NCBI GenBank assembly: GCA_050273025.1
Contig: CP158635.1
Location: 20,460,001 to 20,524,000, forward strand
DNA: 64,000 bases
Direction: 5' to 3'
DNA from: Cenococcum geophilum
Lineage: Eukaryota
A program made the position numbers and the translations under genes. Numbering within the stretch: the first letter of the stretch is position 1; the number at the start of each line of letters is the position of its first letter. Shown here one piece after another: positions 27,850-40,511 of this stretch. Below the pieces are notes generated by a model. The model was not told the DNA's origin and did no database searches. It was given only the letters and a program-made list of their open reading frames with translations.

Positions 27850-28750
27850 GTTTAGAACGTCCAAATAAGGTTCTATTAAGATGCTAGCTAGACCCTAACC
27901 TAGACCCTTTCTAGCCTATTAAATTCTAAAAATAATAACCTTTACTAAATTAAAAATTAACCTTATCCTTAATAAGCTATCTAATTAACGTAATCTACCC
28001 CCAAGCTGGCCCATACCCCCAAGCTGGCCACCTCAAAACTCACTAAAATCATACTTTAATATCTTAACAACCACTAAATAATAAATTCTAATAATTTAGA
28101 TTTGGACTTTTATATACACTCTACAGCTTCTATTAAAGTTGCATAGTAATTGGTTTAGTAGTTTTTAAGATATTATAATTTGGGGGCTAAAATAAAGCTA
28201 AATTACTACGAATTCGTATATCTTGAAAACCACTAAACCAATTACTATGCAACTTTAATAGAAGCTGTAGAGTGTATATAAAAGTCCAAATCTAAATTAT
28301 TAGAATTTATTATTTAGTGGTTGTTAAGATATTAAAGTATAAATTTTCTAATTTTTGGTGAGTTTTGAGGTGGCTAGCTTGGGGGTATGGCCAGCTTGGG
28401 GGTGGATTACGTTAGATTTAATAGTTCTTTATTATTTAAGATATAGCTAAAACTAACAAGGTATAGCAGTATATTAACCTATCTAAAAAGAAAAGATTAT
28501 CTTTTAAAGCTAGAACTACTAAGTTGGCCTATATTAAGGGATATACTACCTATAGCTATATTAATAGCAAACCTAAACCTAAACCGGCTTACTGCCTATA
28601 ATTAGCTTTACGCCAAATATAAAAACGATCTACGCGTATACTAGAAGTAAAAACAGGATATTAACAACTATATTATTCGCACTATATTAGTAGCCTACCT
28701 TCTACTTATTAATAGCCTTAGTAGTTAGTTACATTAAATATTTAAGGCGT
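27850..28750 (+). mobile_element. Degraded retroelement remnant, possibly Copia gag N-terminus (boundaries approximate)
   Basis: De-RIPed IAKTNKVWQYI(D)PS at ~28443 resembles the fungal Copia gag N-terminal motif; no LTR found. Confidence 0.35.
27988..28412. mobile_element. Foldback MITE (ACGT termini, TA TSD) with the same hairpin core as 7832-8255
   Basis: ACGTAATCTACCCCCAAGCTGGCC...GGCCAGCTTGGGGGTGGATTACGT, TA flanks, internal arms near-identical to the 7832 element. Confidence 0.9.
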
Positions 28751-29270
28751 CTCTACTACTATAGTAGCCACTGCAGTAATAGAGATACCCTATATTTTGG
28801 TAAGCAATTAAGCCCATCTTATACGAGAATCTTATACTATTAGTACTTACTAAATTACATACTTGTAGGGCCTTCTCCGTCTATAAATACTCCTTTATAC
28901 CTTCTTTTCTTCTTTTCTTCTTCCTTATAAGAGCTGGCGGTGCTTTAATACTCCTCCTCAGTCCCTACTAAGGGATTTATTGGTTAACGTAGTAATATAG
29001 ATAATATTAGACGAGGAGACGGGTAAGAGAGAAGATAGGAAGGACGGAGGAACCTCTAGTAAGTATTAGTTAAGTAACGTTAACGGCTGGTTTTTATTAC
29101 CTAAAAATTACGTTACGTAATAATATTTAGGAACGCAAATATATACCCTATCCTATACTTATACCACTACTAAATATTCTAAATTTTATACTTAGAGTTA
29201 CTTATAATAGGCATTCCTAAAAGATCTACCGGTTTAAAGCTCTATAATTAAATATTATTAACGTTTTATA

Positions 29271-31350
29271 TAATAATAATTCATTGCTTAACGTCCGATT
29301 CGGATCCCTATTAGGCCCACGCAGACTACTCCTTATGTACATGTAGGGAGAAAACTCTATTTGAGAAAACCCCGTAATCCATCTCCCTGCCTTTTAGGAC
29401 TCGCCTATAAGGCGCCTACGAGTCACCGGTGGTGCTCCTACTACCTTACTTTTTGACTTCCTTAGGAACCACTGCTGCCGTAATAAGCCTACGGGCGCGC
29501 TAGTATTGTAAACTTTACTCTACTACTATAGAGTTATTAGGGGGCGCCCGTTACTTACCCCCTTGCCCTTTATTGCTATTTCCTTTATAACCTAGAACTA
29601 GTTTAGTATATTTTAGCTAATAAGCCACTAGGTAACCGCCTTAAGGCCTTTTTATATTAAGAGCAGTGTCTTATAGTTCTTTATGCCAGCTACTAAGAGC
29701 ATTACTTCTTAGTTAGTGCGTAAGGGGCATAACAGTATTATATATTTTAGTGTCTATTTTAGCCAGCCATATTTATATCTTAGGCTACCTACTAGGACAC
29801 CTACCCAGTAGAGCCAGTCTTTTAGTCCTATTATTCCTATTCTTAAGAGTGTTACTATTATATTTTCTACCTTTATTAGGCCTTCTCAGAGCTTTAGAGT
29901 ATTTACCCCCTATAGCGTTAACCATACTATAGCTTAGGTTCCTCTTACCTTAGTTAGCCTTTGTACCTTTAACTCCTATACGCCTCTCCAGCGTTAGTTT
30001 AGCCAGTATTGTATTACGGTAGATGGTTTCCCGGCGTTCTTTTATACTTTACTTTAGCTCCTTTCTCTCTCTTACTATTATCTTTACTAGCCTCTTACGC
30101 GTCTCCCTTTCTCCTTTATATAGGCCTAGGCCCTAAAGCAGCGCTATTCTTCTTCTACTTTCTTTACCTGTTTCTCTAATATATCTTCCCTACTTTAGGG
30201 TTATTAGTTTGTTCTCCTATAAGGCGCCCTAGGGTCCCTCTATAGTTTATTTAGGCGTGTCTTAATATACTTTATAATATTAGAGTTGCGTTCCTTTTAT
30301 ACCCTTTATATTGCAACAGCTTCAATATATAGTTATAGGGGGGGAATATTAGCTTTCTTCTTAAGTAGTGCTGTAGCCGTTCGCTTATATCCGCCTATTA
30401 TGCTCTAGAGGCAAGCTATTTGGACCTTTTAGAGTAGTTTAAGGAGCGATTTAGGGGGGCCTTTCTTAGATTCTCTAATGGCCTAAATACTGGACCTATA
30501 CGTTATGGTTGGCCGGACAACTGCTATATATAGTAGGCGTGACCTCTAAAAGCATGGACCCTATGTAAAGTTAACGATCCTAGATAATATAATATACTAT
30601 ACTTAGCCCTTATAGGCCGCTTGCGCCGCATATACGCTCTACTAGAGCTTACTATACCCATCTCCTAATACTCTTAGGCTCTAAACTAGTTAACCCCTAA
30701 AGCCTTAGATATAAATTATATGCTAAAGATTTATAGATTGGTTACGTTTTCTTATAAAATAGATTAGCTGGTATTTCTTTGGTAAGAATTGGACTCTATA
30801 TTGTCTTGCCTATTCTATATAGGTATTATAAGCTTTCTCTAGTGTTCTATAATTCTCTGCGGCTATTAGCCCGTATATAATTAGGTTTGTATTATTAATA
30901 AAGCCTATCCCCTAGGTCGCCCCTTCTTTAAAGGAGTTAAGCAGGTTACTTATAAAGAAAAGGAAGAGTATAGGCGAGAGGGGTAATCCTTATAGTATTC
31001 CTGTTGCAACTATAATAGGGGGGCTTTAGTATCCGCTAAAGACTAATAATATTTCTTTTTGACCTATAAACCCTTAAACAAATTATATAATCCATTCTAG
31101 GAAGCCTTTTGCCCTAAGGATGTATAAGAGACGCTTATAGGGTACGTTATTGTAGGCGCCACTAATATTTAGGCTGAGCATTGATACTATAAAGTCCTTT
31201 TGCATCACCTATACAGATTTAATGGTGGCAGCGAGTAGCGTAAGTGTTAATAGTATTGAGCGGTTCTTTCTTACCCCTATTTGGCTTTATGGTAGTAGGG
31301 CGTGTTCCTTAGCCGTGTCTACTATGTAATCCGCTATTACCCTTTCTAAG
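29271..31350 (-). mobile_element. 5'-truncated Tad1-like LINE (second family), RIP-inactivated
   Basis: Minus strand de-RIPed MLSLDISGAY ~31180, GIPQGSPLSP ~31000, GF(V)DDT ~30900; (ATT)n tail at 29271; no TSD found. Confidence 0.85.
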
Positions 31351-32292
31351 TAGGTAGTTATATAGTAAAGTTTAACATACCTGCTTATCTAGGCCTCTAC
31401 CTTAGTTTTTAAGTAGCTTTCCCTTACTAAGCCTAAGGGCCTAGGGCTTTCTATAAGCAGTTAGCTGCCACCACTAATTAACGGGGAATTTTACTATTCT
31501 TTTAGGTATCTTATAATAGGATTAGCCTAAGTACTAAACCGCCCCCTAGTAGTCTATATAAGAGTTTTCTCCTAAAGTTAGTACGCTTTTATACGGCTTA
31601 AAAGCCTTCTATAGCCTCTAGTTTTATACCTTTCTTTATTATTTCTACCGGTATAGGTATAAGCTGCCATTTCTAGGGGTTGCAACTCCCTTCTTATATG
31701 CTTACTGGCGTAATCCTATAAGGGCGTTATGGCTGCATCCTATAATATAGAAGCCTTAGGTACCTTTTATAGTTAAGGCCTAAACTAAAAAAGCCTCCCT
31801 TACCTAAGTAACTCCTATTTACTCCTTAAGTATATTTTACTAGTAAGCCGCCCTAGAGGCGAACGGTTCTATCTATTAATATACTAATACGCGTATCCGT
31901 TCTTTTAAGTTATATAATAGTCTTCTCTAGCTAGGACGTAATCCTACCTATATACTAGGTGTACTAGGGGTTAGAGCTTAACTAAGGGGTAAGGTCCCTA
32001 GAGCTAGTAGTAGCTATTACGCACTACACCTTATAGGAGGCTAGTAGTAATATAGGGGCGTAACACCCTATACACTACTAGCTCCCGTTTCGCGTTACCT
32101 ATAAGGGTTTCCCTATAATAGGCTAACCGTGTCTTATAGGAGAGGGGCTATAGAGATACTAGGTCCTATACTAGATAACCTACTCTTCCCTCTCCTACTA
32201 ACTAAGCTTATATCCCCCCCTTTTATAAGCTAGCCTATATCTCTATTTATTAAGTCCTTATCTAACTAGCCTATATTTCCCTTATAGCCTCC

Positions 32293-32414
32293 CCTATATA
32301 TATATATTAGGTTACATATACTACGCCTATTAAGACCCTCTTATAAGTCGCCTTATATATATACGCATTAGGTTACATACACTACGCCTATTAAGACCCT
32401 CCTATAAGTCGCCT
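32293..32414. repeat. ~61-bp tandem repeat x2, plus a partial third copy at ~32557-32600
   Basis: ...attaggttacata(t/c)actacgcctattaagaccctc(t/c)tataagtcgcct repeated. Confidence 0.8.
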
Positions 32415-33503
32415 ATAAGTTAACTATAAGTTAAACGCCATAGGGCCGTTAAAGCTGGCCTATGTTTCCCTACCTAGAGCTTTGCCCGTGTTTCTACCTC
32501 GTTAGGCCATCTAGTTACCGTCGCGTTGCCGTTACAGTGCTATTGCGTCGCCGTCCCCTAGGTTGCGCGTACTACGCCTATTAAGACCCTCTTTTAAGTT
32601 ACCTAATTATACCAGATACCAGATAGGCCCTTATAAAGGGGCCTTAATAAGTTCTTTAGGCAGGGCCTTAATAAGTTCTTTGTGGTGGCCTTAGGGCCTT
32701 AATAAGTTTTGTATAAAGTATCTATAACGCGTTAACCTTAACAAGTTCTTATAAAAGGAGGATCCCTACACCCTTATTGCGCTTACTTTACGATCTTAGA
32801 GCTAGTATAAGCCTAAGGGTGTCCTGTTATACGCCTAGGACGCGTTTACGTTAACTAGCTAGATAAGGCTAGTTTTGGGCCTAGCTGCGAGCCAGGTAGT
32901 TGTATATTAGGCGGTTTTCGTATCCCAGTTTCCCTTAATAGGCCTCCCTAGATGGTAGAATAAGAGCTCTAAGCGGAGGCAGTAAGGCTCCTGGTGTTGT
33001 TAAGGGCGATACTTTACACGCGTCGCGGGCTCGTTACTACAGAGTCGAACGACAGCGCTACACGCGCTGCGATGGCTCTCTACCATTGCCTCTGCACTTG
33101 GCTATTAAGAGGAATAGGATTCCAGATGATGTTTCCACCCGCGGCGACGTAAACGCGTGCAGTAGGGCTTCGCGGGCTAACGTTTTATATAGGGGTCGTT
33201 AATTAAGCTCCCGGCACAATTTTTAAAGTTTAATACTATCCCTTTGTATGGCAACCATTTCAAGGACTTTTCGTATATGCACGCCTCATAAGCCAATCTA
33301 GAGGCTCTATACCGTATAGAGCTTGGTATTGAAGTACTAAGTCAGTACGGCAAGGGTGCTAGCGCCTTATTTAACGCTTAGATATTGCGGTGAACAGCAG
33401 TAACATGGCCAGGAAGCCTATAATATTTAGTGTAGTTGATTAAAAAGCTTCAATATTGTTGCCGTCTGTTTAATCATTAAATCATCAGTAAAATATCGTC
33501 CTT

Positions 33504-35771
33504 ATGCCGCCCAAAAAACGTCATACGTCTTCGGCTCCGAAGCCTCCAAAGCCTCCAAAAGCACCTCAAGCCTGGAAGTCCTATTCGCAGACCTTTTAAG
33601 CAACGCAGTATATACATAATAGCTCGTCGGCAGTAATTATACAGCCTCTAGAGGCTTCAGGAACTACGCAGCAGGCAGTGGTACTAATTAAAGATATTAA
33701 GGAGGCTTGGCCAAGCAGCCAAAGGGAGAATATTAAGGACGAATTAGGAGCCGTTTTTAAGGCCCGCGGCGAGACTGCTAAGGATAAGGCAGATGAGGTA
33801 GATAAAACTAAACTACCAGAGCTATCAGCTAAAGAAGTCACAAGAATGGGCCTTCCTGCTGTTCCTACTTCATGGGAGCCTATGGCCGCTGTCTCTAAAC
33901 TAAACCTTGAAGTTATTAACCTTCTAGATGAGTTGCTATTTGCCGCTCGGCGTGCTAGTGAGCCTATTGGTGGTGTTATCGCGGACGTTAAATCTAATAA
34001 CCTTCCTAATTAAAATAAGGATAATGAGCGTGCTGCTTATTGTATATTAGCGGATTAAATTTATATAGAGTCTAGTAGGTGTAGATCTAGATAGGACCTA
34101 CCAATTTGAGTATTCCTACTATTCTTTAATATTAGTGTATTTAAGAAGCTCGCGATTAATACAAACCTATATACAGCCTCTTAAAATGCTGGCGGATATT
34201 ACCAATCAGAACAATATGCGGGTAAACGATCACGGACGTGGAAGGAGACCTCTGCTGGTGAATTAATGATTTAGGTAGGACTTATTATCTATATAGGCGT
34301 CTTTAAAGTCACCCAGGTGCAAGACCTTTGGGCTACAGATCCTAAATATCCTAGACATTCGATTAGCTTATTTATAGGCTAAAAGAGATAGGAGTAACTT
34401 AAGCGCTTTTTCTATACCTTACTACCTCCACCAGAGGGTGTCAAACGTCACATTTTTAAGAAAATTGAGCCGTTAACAACTCCTTTAAGCGAGGCGTTTA
34501 GGAAGTACGTTATACCTAGATCTATAGTTAGCTTTAATAAGATAATGGTAAGGTTTACTAGACGATCTATAGCTATAATTAAATTGCCTGGTAAGCCAGT
34601 ACCTAAGGGCTTTAAGATATTAAGCCTTTGTTAATATAGGTATTGCTATAGCTTTATGTTTACCTCACCTAGCTACTTTTTTAGGCTTCCTTCTCAAATA
34701 AATTATTAAGATATTGTCCTCTTAAAGACCTCTAAGTACGTCCTCTACCTTACCCAATAGCTTCCTCTTCAGGCTCGTCGATTTTGCCTATTCTTAGATA
34801 ACTATTTTACGAATATTCCGTTGCTTTAGGTGCTTTAACGACTCGGAATTACTACAGCTAGTATAGCTCGATTAAACTTAAAGGACTATCTAGAGGTGCA
34901 TAAAAGGGCTAATAAAAGGAAGGAAAGGCTACCGTTTAATTTTATTACAGGAGTAGTTGTTAGGGTAGTTAATTTAGTACTTTTAATCATATGGTAGGAT
35001 AAGAATTTAGTACGGTTTTTAATAATAGCTTACTTATATAGCAATAAGGACGTTAATAAAGTTAATCGGCGTCGGCCGTGGGCATATAATTCCTTCCTTA
35101 AGAAGCTAGTAGCTAATATTTAGGGCAATAATCCAATTAAGAAGTTAACGCTCCCAAGGCTCTCTATTAACTACAATAACTAGATAGGCGGCGTTAATAT
35201 TCATAATCAGCTTCAAAGCTATTATACCACCCAGATCACTACTATGCGCACCTAGCTGCCCTTATTCTTCTAGGCGCTTAATGCGGCTATAATTAACACC
35301 TATATTATTAGCAAGAAGATCTTCCAAACGTTAAAGAAGCCCTTCCTCTAAACCCACCGCCGTTTCCGTATACAATTGGCATAGAACCTCGTTATTATAG
35401 GCAGTCGGCAGATAGGTCTAAATAAGCACAATACTAAGCGTCTTCTTCGTTAAAGCTCACTAAAATCTAGGCAATATTAATCTGGTATTAGGCCTAGTTA
35501 TAAAAATAGAACAAATCAAAAAACCACCTACGTTACCGCTAAAACCCCACTACCTGCAATTCAACGGTATAAGACGCGAACTTACCGTTCTATCAAAAGC
35601 TTTACAAGGAAATAAGGCCATAAGACCCTTTCGGGGTGCTGGATATATAGATAAAAAAAGGTAAAGAACCTTATAGTCAAAATCAGGCAAACGGTATATA
35701 AATGTAAGGCCTATAGGCTTCCTCTATATCTTCGGTGCTTTAACAATTTTTATTCAGTAGGCGACGACTAG
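33504..35771 (+). pseudogene. piggyBac-family (PGBD/DDE_Tnp_1_7-type) transposase, 755 codons in one frame with RIP stops
   Basis: De-RIPed VSFDEMMVRFTGRS ~34527, KLPGKPVPEGFKIL, FLDNYFT ~34791, WQDKN, YNNWMGGVDIHDQLRSYY ~35172, LFFWALDAAIIN, C-terminal Cys-rich CKACGLPLCLRCF. Confidence 0.88.
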
Positions 35772-35829
35772 GTGAGTATTTTAGGTCCTCTACTTTCTTA
35801 TGCCCTTGATATTAAGACTCCAAAGCTAA

Positions 35830-36141
35830 TTAAGCCTTTACTGCAGTGTCCTTCTTAGCCTCCTTCAAGCCCTCCTCTACTGCCTTTAATCGATCCTCTA
35901 TATTAAATAACCGCTAATTAAACCGTTCAATCACTTGTAACACTTAGTACACCTTATTTAATGTATACAGCACGTCCTCCCTTATAACCTTAAGCTGGTC
36001 CTTTATTAGCTTATCCTCATTAACATTAAGAACGCGTATAAAGCGGATATATGGCGGTGGTTCGGGGGAGGACTCTAACGGAGGATTTTCCTATATAATT
36101 AGCAGCTGGTTGGTAAAGGAAGGGCAGAAACATACAGACAT
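35830..36141 (-). pseudogene. Second, convergent spliced ORF inside the piggyBac-like element (small coiled-coil protein, ~88 aa or longer)
   Basis: ATGTCT|GTATGT...GCTAAT..TAG (45-bp intron 36135-36091)|GAAAATCCTCCG...; reads MSENPPLESSPEPPPYIRF...EDRLKAVEEGLKEAKKDTAVKA with two RIP-type stops. Confidence 0.6.
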
Positions 36142-37535
36142 AACGTCATATATCACGACTTTTGGCCCAACTTCCTCAAAAAAAAATTTATATAAGTGTT
36201 TTTAGTGGTAGCCGTAGTGGCCTTCTGCAGTATTTCATCAGCATCGCAATATTAACGCGTTTTGGTGAGGCTTACTAATAAAATCACGCTAGCTAGGGTG
36301 CCTGCAGCATGCTAACCCAAGCAGGAGCGCCCAAAGCGCCCAATACGAAAAGTCACATTTGCCACACGAAGGGATACTAATATTACAACCTTCTTACAGT
36401 AGCCGAGCTACCCCTAATCTCCTCCCCTCCTATTACTTGGCGCTAAGCTATTATATTATTACTAAGCCATTGTATTATTATACGTCCGAACTAGGTAGGT
36501 AATAACGTAGTTAATAGTTATTAGGTATTAAAAATATTTAGTATATAAAGCTTTAAATTGGAATTATAATCTACTATATTATATCCTACGTAGAGGGCTT
36601 TGTATTAAAGCTCTGCAGTCTAAATATATGCTATATTTGTGACCAATATATTCTTTAGGCCTGGCTTAAGTAGGGCGCCTCGGTTACTGTAGTAGATCCT
36701 TACCTAGCAGTAACTAAGGCGCTTTAATCTTACTACTACTTCTAAATTAAGCAAAAGCTCTATATAGGGGGGTCCTAGGGAGTCTCCCCCTGGAAAACCT
36801 TTATCTCTATATATATTAATTAAAGTTTATATAATAAAGCTCTAAATTAAAGCTTTGGGTTAACTAATTGGCTTATTACACTCGGGTTAAAATTTGCGTT
36901 GGGGGACTAACGTTCCGCATGTTATGCATCATTTGGCAGATAGTTTATCCGCCCCATTGCCCCTATATAGATTCAGAGGCAGCTATATTCCTGTTGACCT
37001 CTCCAGCAATCCTCTTGAGTCTCCACGACAGCCGTACGTAGCTATCAATTCTTCGAATCTGATGCTTGTTCATCTAGCGTTTGTATGTGATACTTCGTCA
37101 TCGTGACAGCAGGCACGGTTCTTGATTTTGCGGAGAAAAATCTAAGCCTCGTTTCGAATCTAGCATACGCAGATTGTTTTGTGGCTTAGAATTTGTCAGA
37201 TCACTAACTAGGCGTGGCGGAATGGATGTGAAAGGCTCTATGAGGAAGGACCTATGGAACTATATTAATAAGGTGGCCCGTGAACTGTCACGTACACATC
37301 GCCGAGCTCAAAGACTGCCTGACTACCCCCTGCCAACAGAATTTTGCATATCTGCATGACTTGCCTGATAAATATCTTCGATATTATAAGCCACTTGCGC
37401 TTGATTTCAGCCCTATTGCTACGGCCAAACAAAGAGAAAAGGTCATGCCCGCTTAAATTTCAGCCTCTGTACAGCCCTAAAGCACTGGTAGTACAAACAC
37501 CCCGGTCGTTTTCCACACATATCCAACTTCCCGCA

Positions 37536-39096
37536 CTACCTTCCTCCAGCCCCAACAGTTTCCTCAACAACCATTTCCCTCACCGATCCTACCTTTCCGG
37601 CAACTTGTAAAATGGCACCTTCAATGGCTTTCAGTGCCCCCACAAGCTCCCTCTGCTGATCCCTCCCACTTACGGCGTCACCGCCCCTAGCCATCATTAG
37701 CTCCTCAGTCCTTTGCATAGCGCCAGCTTCAACGGTTCTCAAGTGCGCCTCGATCTCGCGGATTTGGCGTCCGTATTCATCCAGTGTGTCACCTAGACCG
37801 TCTGCACGTTTCGAGAAGTAGCCAACGAGATCTACGGGTTTGCCGCTCGAGTCATCGTTAGCGCCGCTAAGAATTGCACTCGATCTTGGAGGCGCGGAGG
37901 GCGTGGAGCCGAGGCCGGTCATCCCCGCATAGTGGAACTGCTGCGGGAGTTTGAGGTTCTCGATGGCACGGAACGAGAGGCTTGCGTCGTCGGCGTCCTT
38001 CCTGCAGATGTCCTTCAAACGCCCTACGGTAGTGATGTCGTTATCGATTGCTAGTTCTACCGTGGCTACTCTGCCTTCTAAGAACTCGACATCTGGCGGA
38101 ATAGAGGTGACCGAGGCACTGTGCTTGGGAAGCATGCCTGAGCATTGAGTGCAGAAGTTGATTTGTTGCTGAATGAATTTATCAATGTCTTCTATTTGTG
38201 ATTGGAGAGACTCATGGAGGTCAGAGAAGCGTGTCGTGCCACGAATATTCGAAACGTCAATTTTGACGCCGGGAACAGTGCTAGTTGAACCAGAAAATGC
38301 TTGCGGCTGACTAGTGCTTTGGCCCAGAGTCAGGCTACCGCCAAAAGGGTTGGGCTGTGGATTCTGCTGTGCCATGCTGCCGAAGAGGGATGGTTGCTGC
38401 TGCTGGGGCTGCTGCTGGGGCTGCTGTGGTTGTTGAAGGGAGGAGCCGAACAAAGAAGGAGAGGGTTTAGGTTGAGTTGCAGTGGATCCGCTAGGAGGAA
38501 TGCTGTTAGTTTGTGGACAGATGCATATGAGTGAGGCAAGTGAATGCGGGTGGGGTCCCTTGCTTACAATAATGAGGGTGTGGCTGGCTTTTGCTGTTGG
38601 CCTAAATTCCCGAATAATCCACCAGATTGTTGGGATTGATTCTGATTCGGTTGTCCTAATGCTCCTCCAAAGAGGGAACTACTCTGTTGTGGCTGTGACT
38701 GAGTTGTAGAATTACCAAACAAGCCTCCCGTTTGTTGTTGAGCAGGTTTCTGTAGGTTGCCAAATAACCCTCCGCTTTGCTGCGGCTGTGATGTTGCGGG
38801 CTGACCAAATAATCCTCCAGTCTGTTGCGGTTGTGAGGTTGATTGTCCAAACATATTACCGCTTTGCTGAGGCTGGGATGTGTTTATTGAAGTGCCAAAA
38901 AGCCCAGCACTCTGCTGGCCCTGACTAACATTGGTGGAGCTACCGCTATGTAGAAGGCGCGAATTAGCAAAGTACCCTACTTATGGATTTAGATAGAGCT
39001 GCAGTGGTAACTTAGATAAAGCGATAAATTTCTTTCTTACAAGAGAGACCCTCCAGTGTTTATACTCAAAGAGTTTGACCTCCCAAAACCCGCCAT
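37536..39096 (-). CDS. NUP49: FG-repeat central-channel nucleoporin, Nup49/Nup58-like; exons 39096-39041, 38945-38568, 38490-37536 (462 aa)
   Basis: MAGFGRSNSLSINTGGSLF start, many GLFG/SLFG repeats, conserved VPGVKIDVSNIRGTTRFSDL and C-terminal coiled coil; GT-AG introns give a continuous 1389-nt frame. Confidence 0.85.
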
Positions 39097-40284
39097 CCTC
39101 TATTATCAGTCTGTCGAATATCCTCGCGCAGAGATCTTGCGACAGTAGTCTGGAAAAGCGAAGCACCCCGATACCCACCTATATACTAACAACTAGGGAG
39201 ATTATGCCGATAGGTTGATGATATTGAAGTAGAGGAACCAGCCCTTTATAGGTAATGTAGTAGACAGCCAGGCTCCAATAGAGGCAGCAGAACCTTAAGC
39301 CAGCTTGACTTGAGGACGGAATAAGGTAACCAATTATTATGCGGATATGTTCGGAGATTGGGTGGAGAGAGACTGTGAATTGGGCTTCGTGGACTTTGAG
39401 ATCAATGCGAAGATAGGGACGGACGTCGCTGTGAAGGAGACTGTGCTAAACTCAGCACACAGAAACAAGCTCCTAAATGGTCGCAGTTATATGTCCGCAA
39501 AGAGACGACGTAGATGAAGGGAAATAGAATTGTCTAGGTAAAGTTCTTGTCGGCCGTAGAAGGGAAACGCGCGTTTTTATATCGCGAGGTCTTCGCGTGG
39601 GTTTGCTGTTGGTGTTGGCCATAGAGTCGCTTCAGAAAAGGATGGGTTTATGTCAGAAACCATGATCTACTACAGAAATTTACCGAATCCTCACCTGTTT
39701 GAACCACCCACGCATGATACCACCCGCCCTCCATACTAACACATCGCCGTTACCTATTTTTTAAAGCTATTTAAAGCCTATATTTTTTTCCTATTGTAGT
39801 TAGCGCTATAGCACATAGGAGGAGAGCCAAAGCACCTATATTAGGAAAATATTCGCAGGATAAGATTTAAGTAGACTTTATTTAGCGCGTTTCGCGTAAT
39901 TAATATGTAATTTAACTAACTTAACACGCAATTAACCAACTTAATACGCAATTAACTAACTTAATATATTTAAAAGTTAAATAATACGCAGTTAACCTAT
40001 TTAATAACTTTAAAAGCTAACTGTATATTCCTTAATATGTAGTTAACCTATTTAATATATTTAAAGGTTGAATAATACGTAGTTAACCTACTTAATAACT
40101 TTAAAAGCTAACTATATATTTTTTAATATATAATTAAGGTAGAGTTATATACTATATATTTAACTATTATATATAATTTAATATAATCTTATACAATCTT
40201 ATATAATTTTATATAGTTTTATTACTTAAAGGCTTTATATAAGGCTCTATACAGAGCTTTATATAAAGCTCTATATATAGAGGC

Positions 40285-40511
40285 TGTTACAGCACTAGCA
40301 GAACTTGGCAGAACTACGCACCGGCAAGTTGCTACAGATTGCCGCATATTGCGGTCACGTGACACGAAGATTGTATATAGCTTCAAGCGGCGCTCCCCTT
40401 CTTCTCCTTTCCTTTCTTTAGCTTTAGATTCTCGTTTATAGACAATCCAATTGTATAGGCTTGCGCGACCCTTTTACCGTGCTTATGTCTTAATTAACTA
40501 AGTCGCTAACA
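40285..40511. mobile_element. Solo LTR (227 bp) of a third LTR family
   Basis: TGTTAC...TAACA with 5-bp TSD GAGGC (40280-40284, 40512-40516), inserted in a gaggctctat-type tandem array. Confidence 0.88.

Larger units (their letters stand above)
28750..33220 (-). mobile_element. Unclassified RIP-mutated element or gene remnant with intron-like signals, interrupted by LINE 2 (boundaries approximate)
   Basis: RIP signature; minus-strand GTATGT donor at 31380-31375; 45-bp GT..ctaat..AG segment 29100-29056; 61-bp tandem repeats at ~32293; no family motif recognised. Confidence 0.35.
33240..36373 (+). mobile_element. piggyBac-like DNA transposon (3.1 kb), RIP-inactivated, with non-TTAA flanks
   Basis: 15-bp TIR CCCTT(T/C)GT(A/G)TGGCAA at both ends; flanks TAT|CCC...GGG|ATA; PGBD-type transposase inside. 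Confidence 0.88.

Noticed and set aside
6075..29932. Short I/L/Y-rich ORFs in the ORF track (6075, 14088, 16095, 19753, 24630, 29750; also 41619, 51513, 54466)
   Set aside because: Chance frames in RIP-mutated TE sequence, mostly antisense to or out of frame with the real TE genes.
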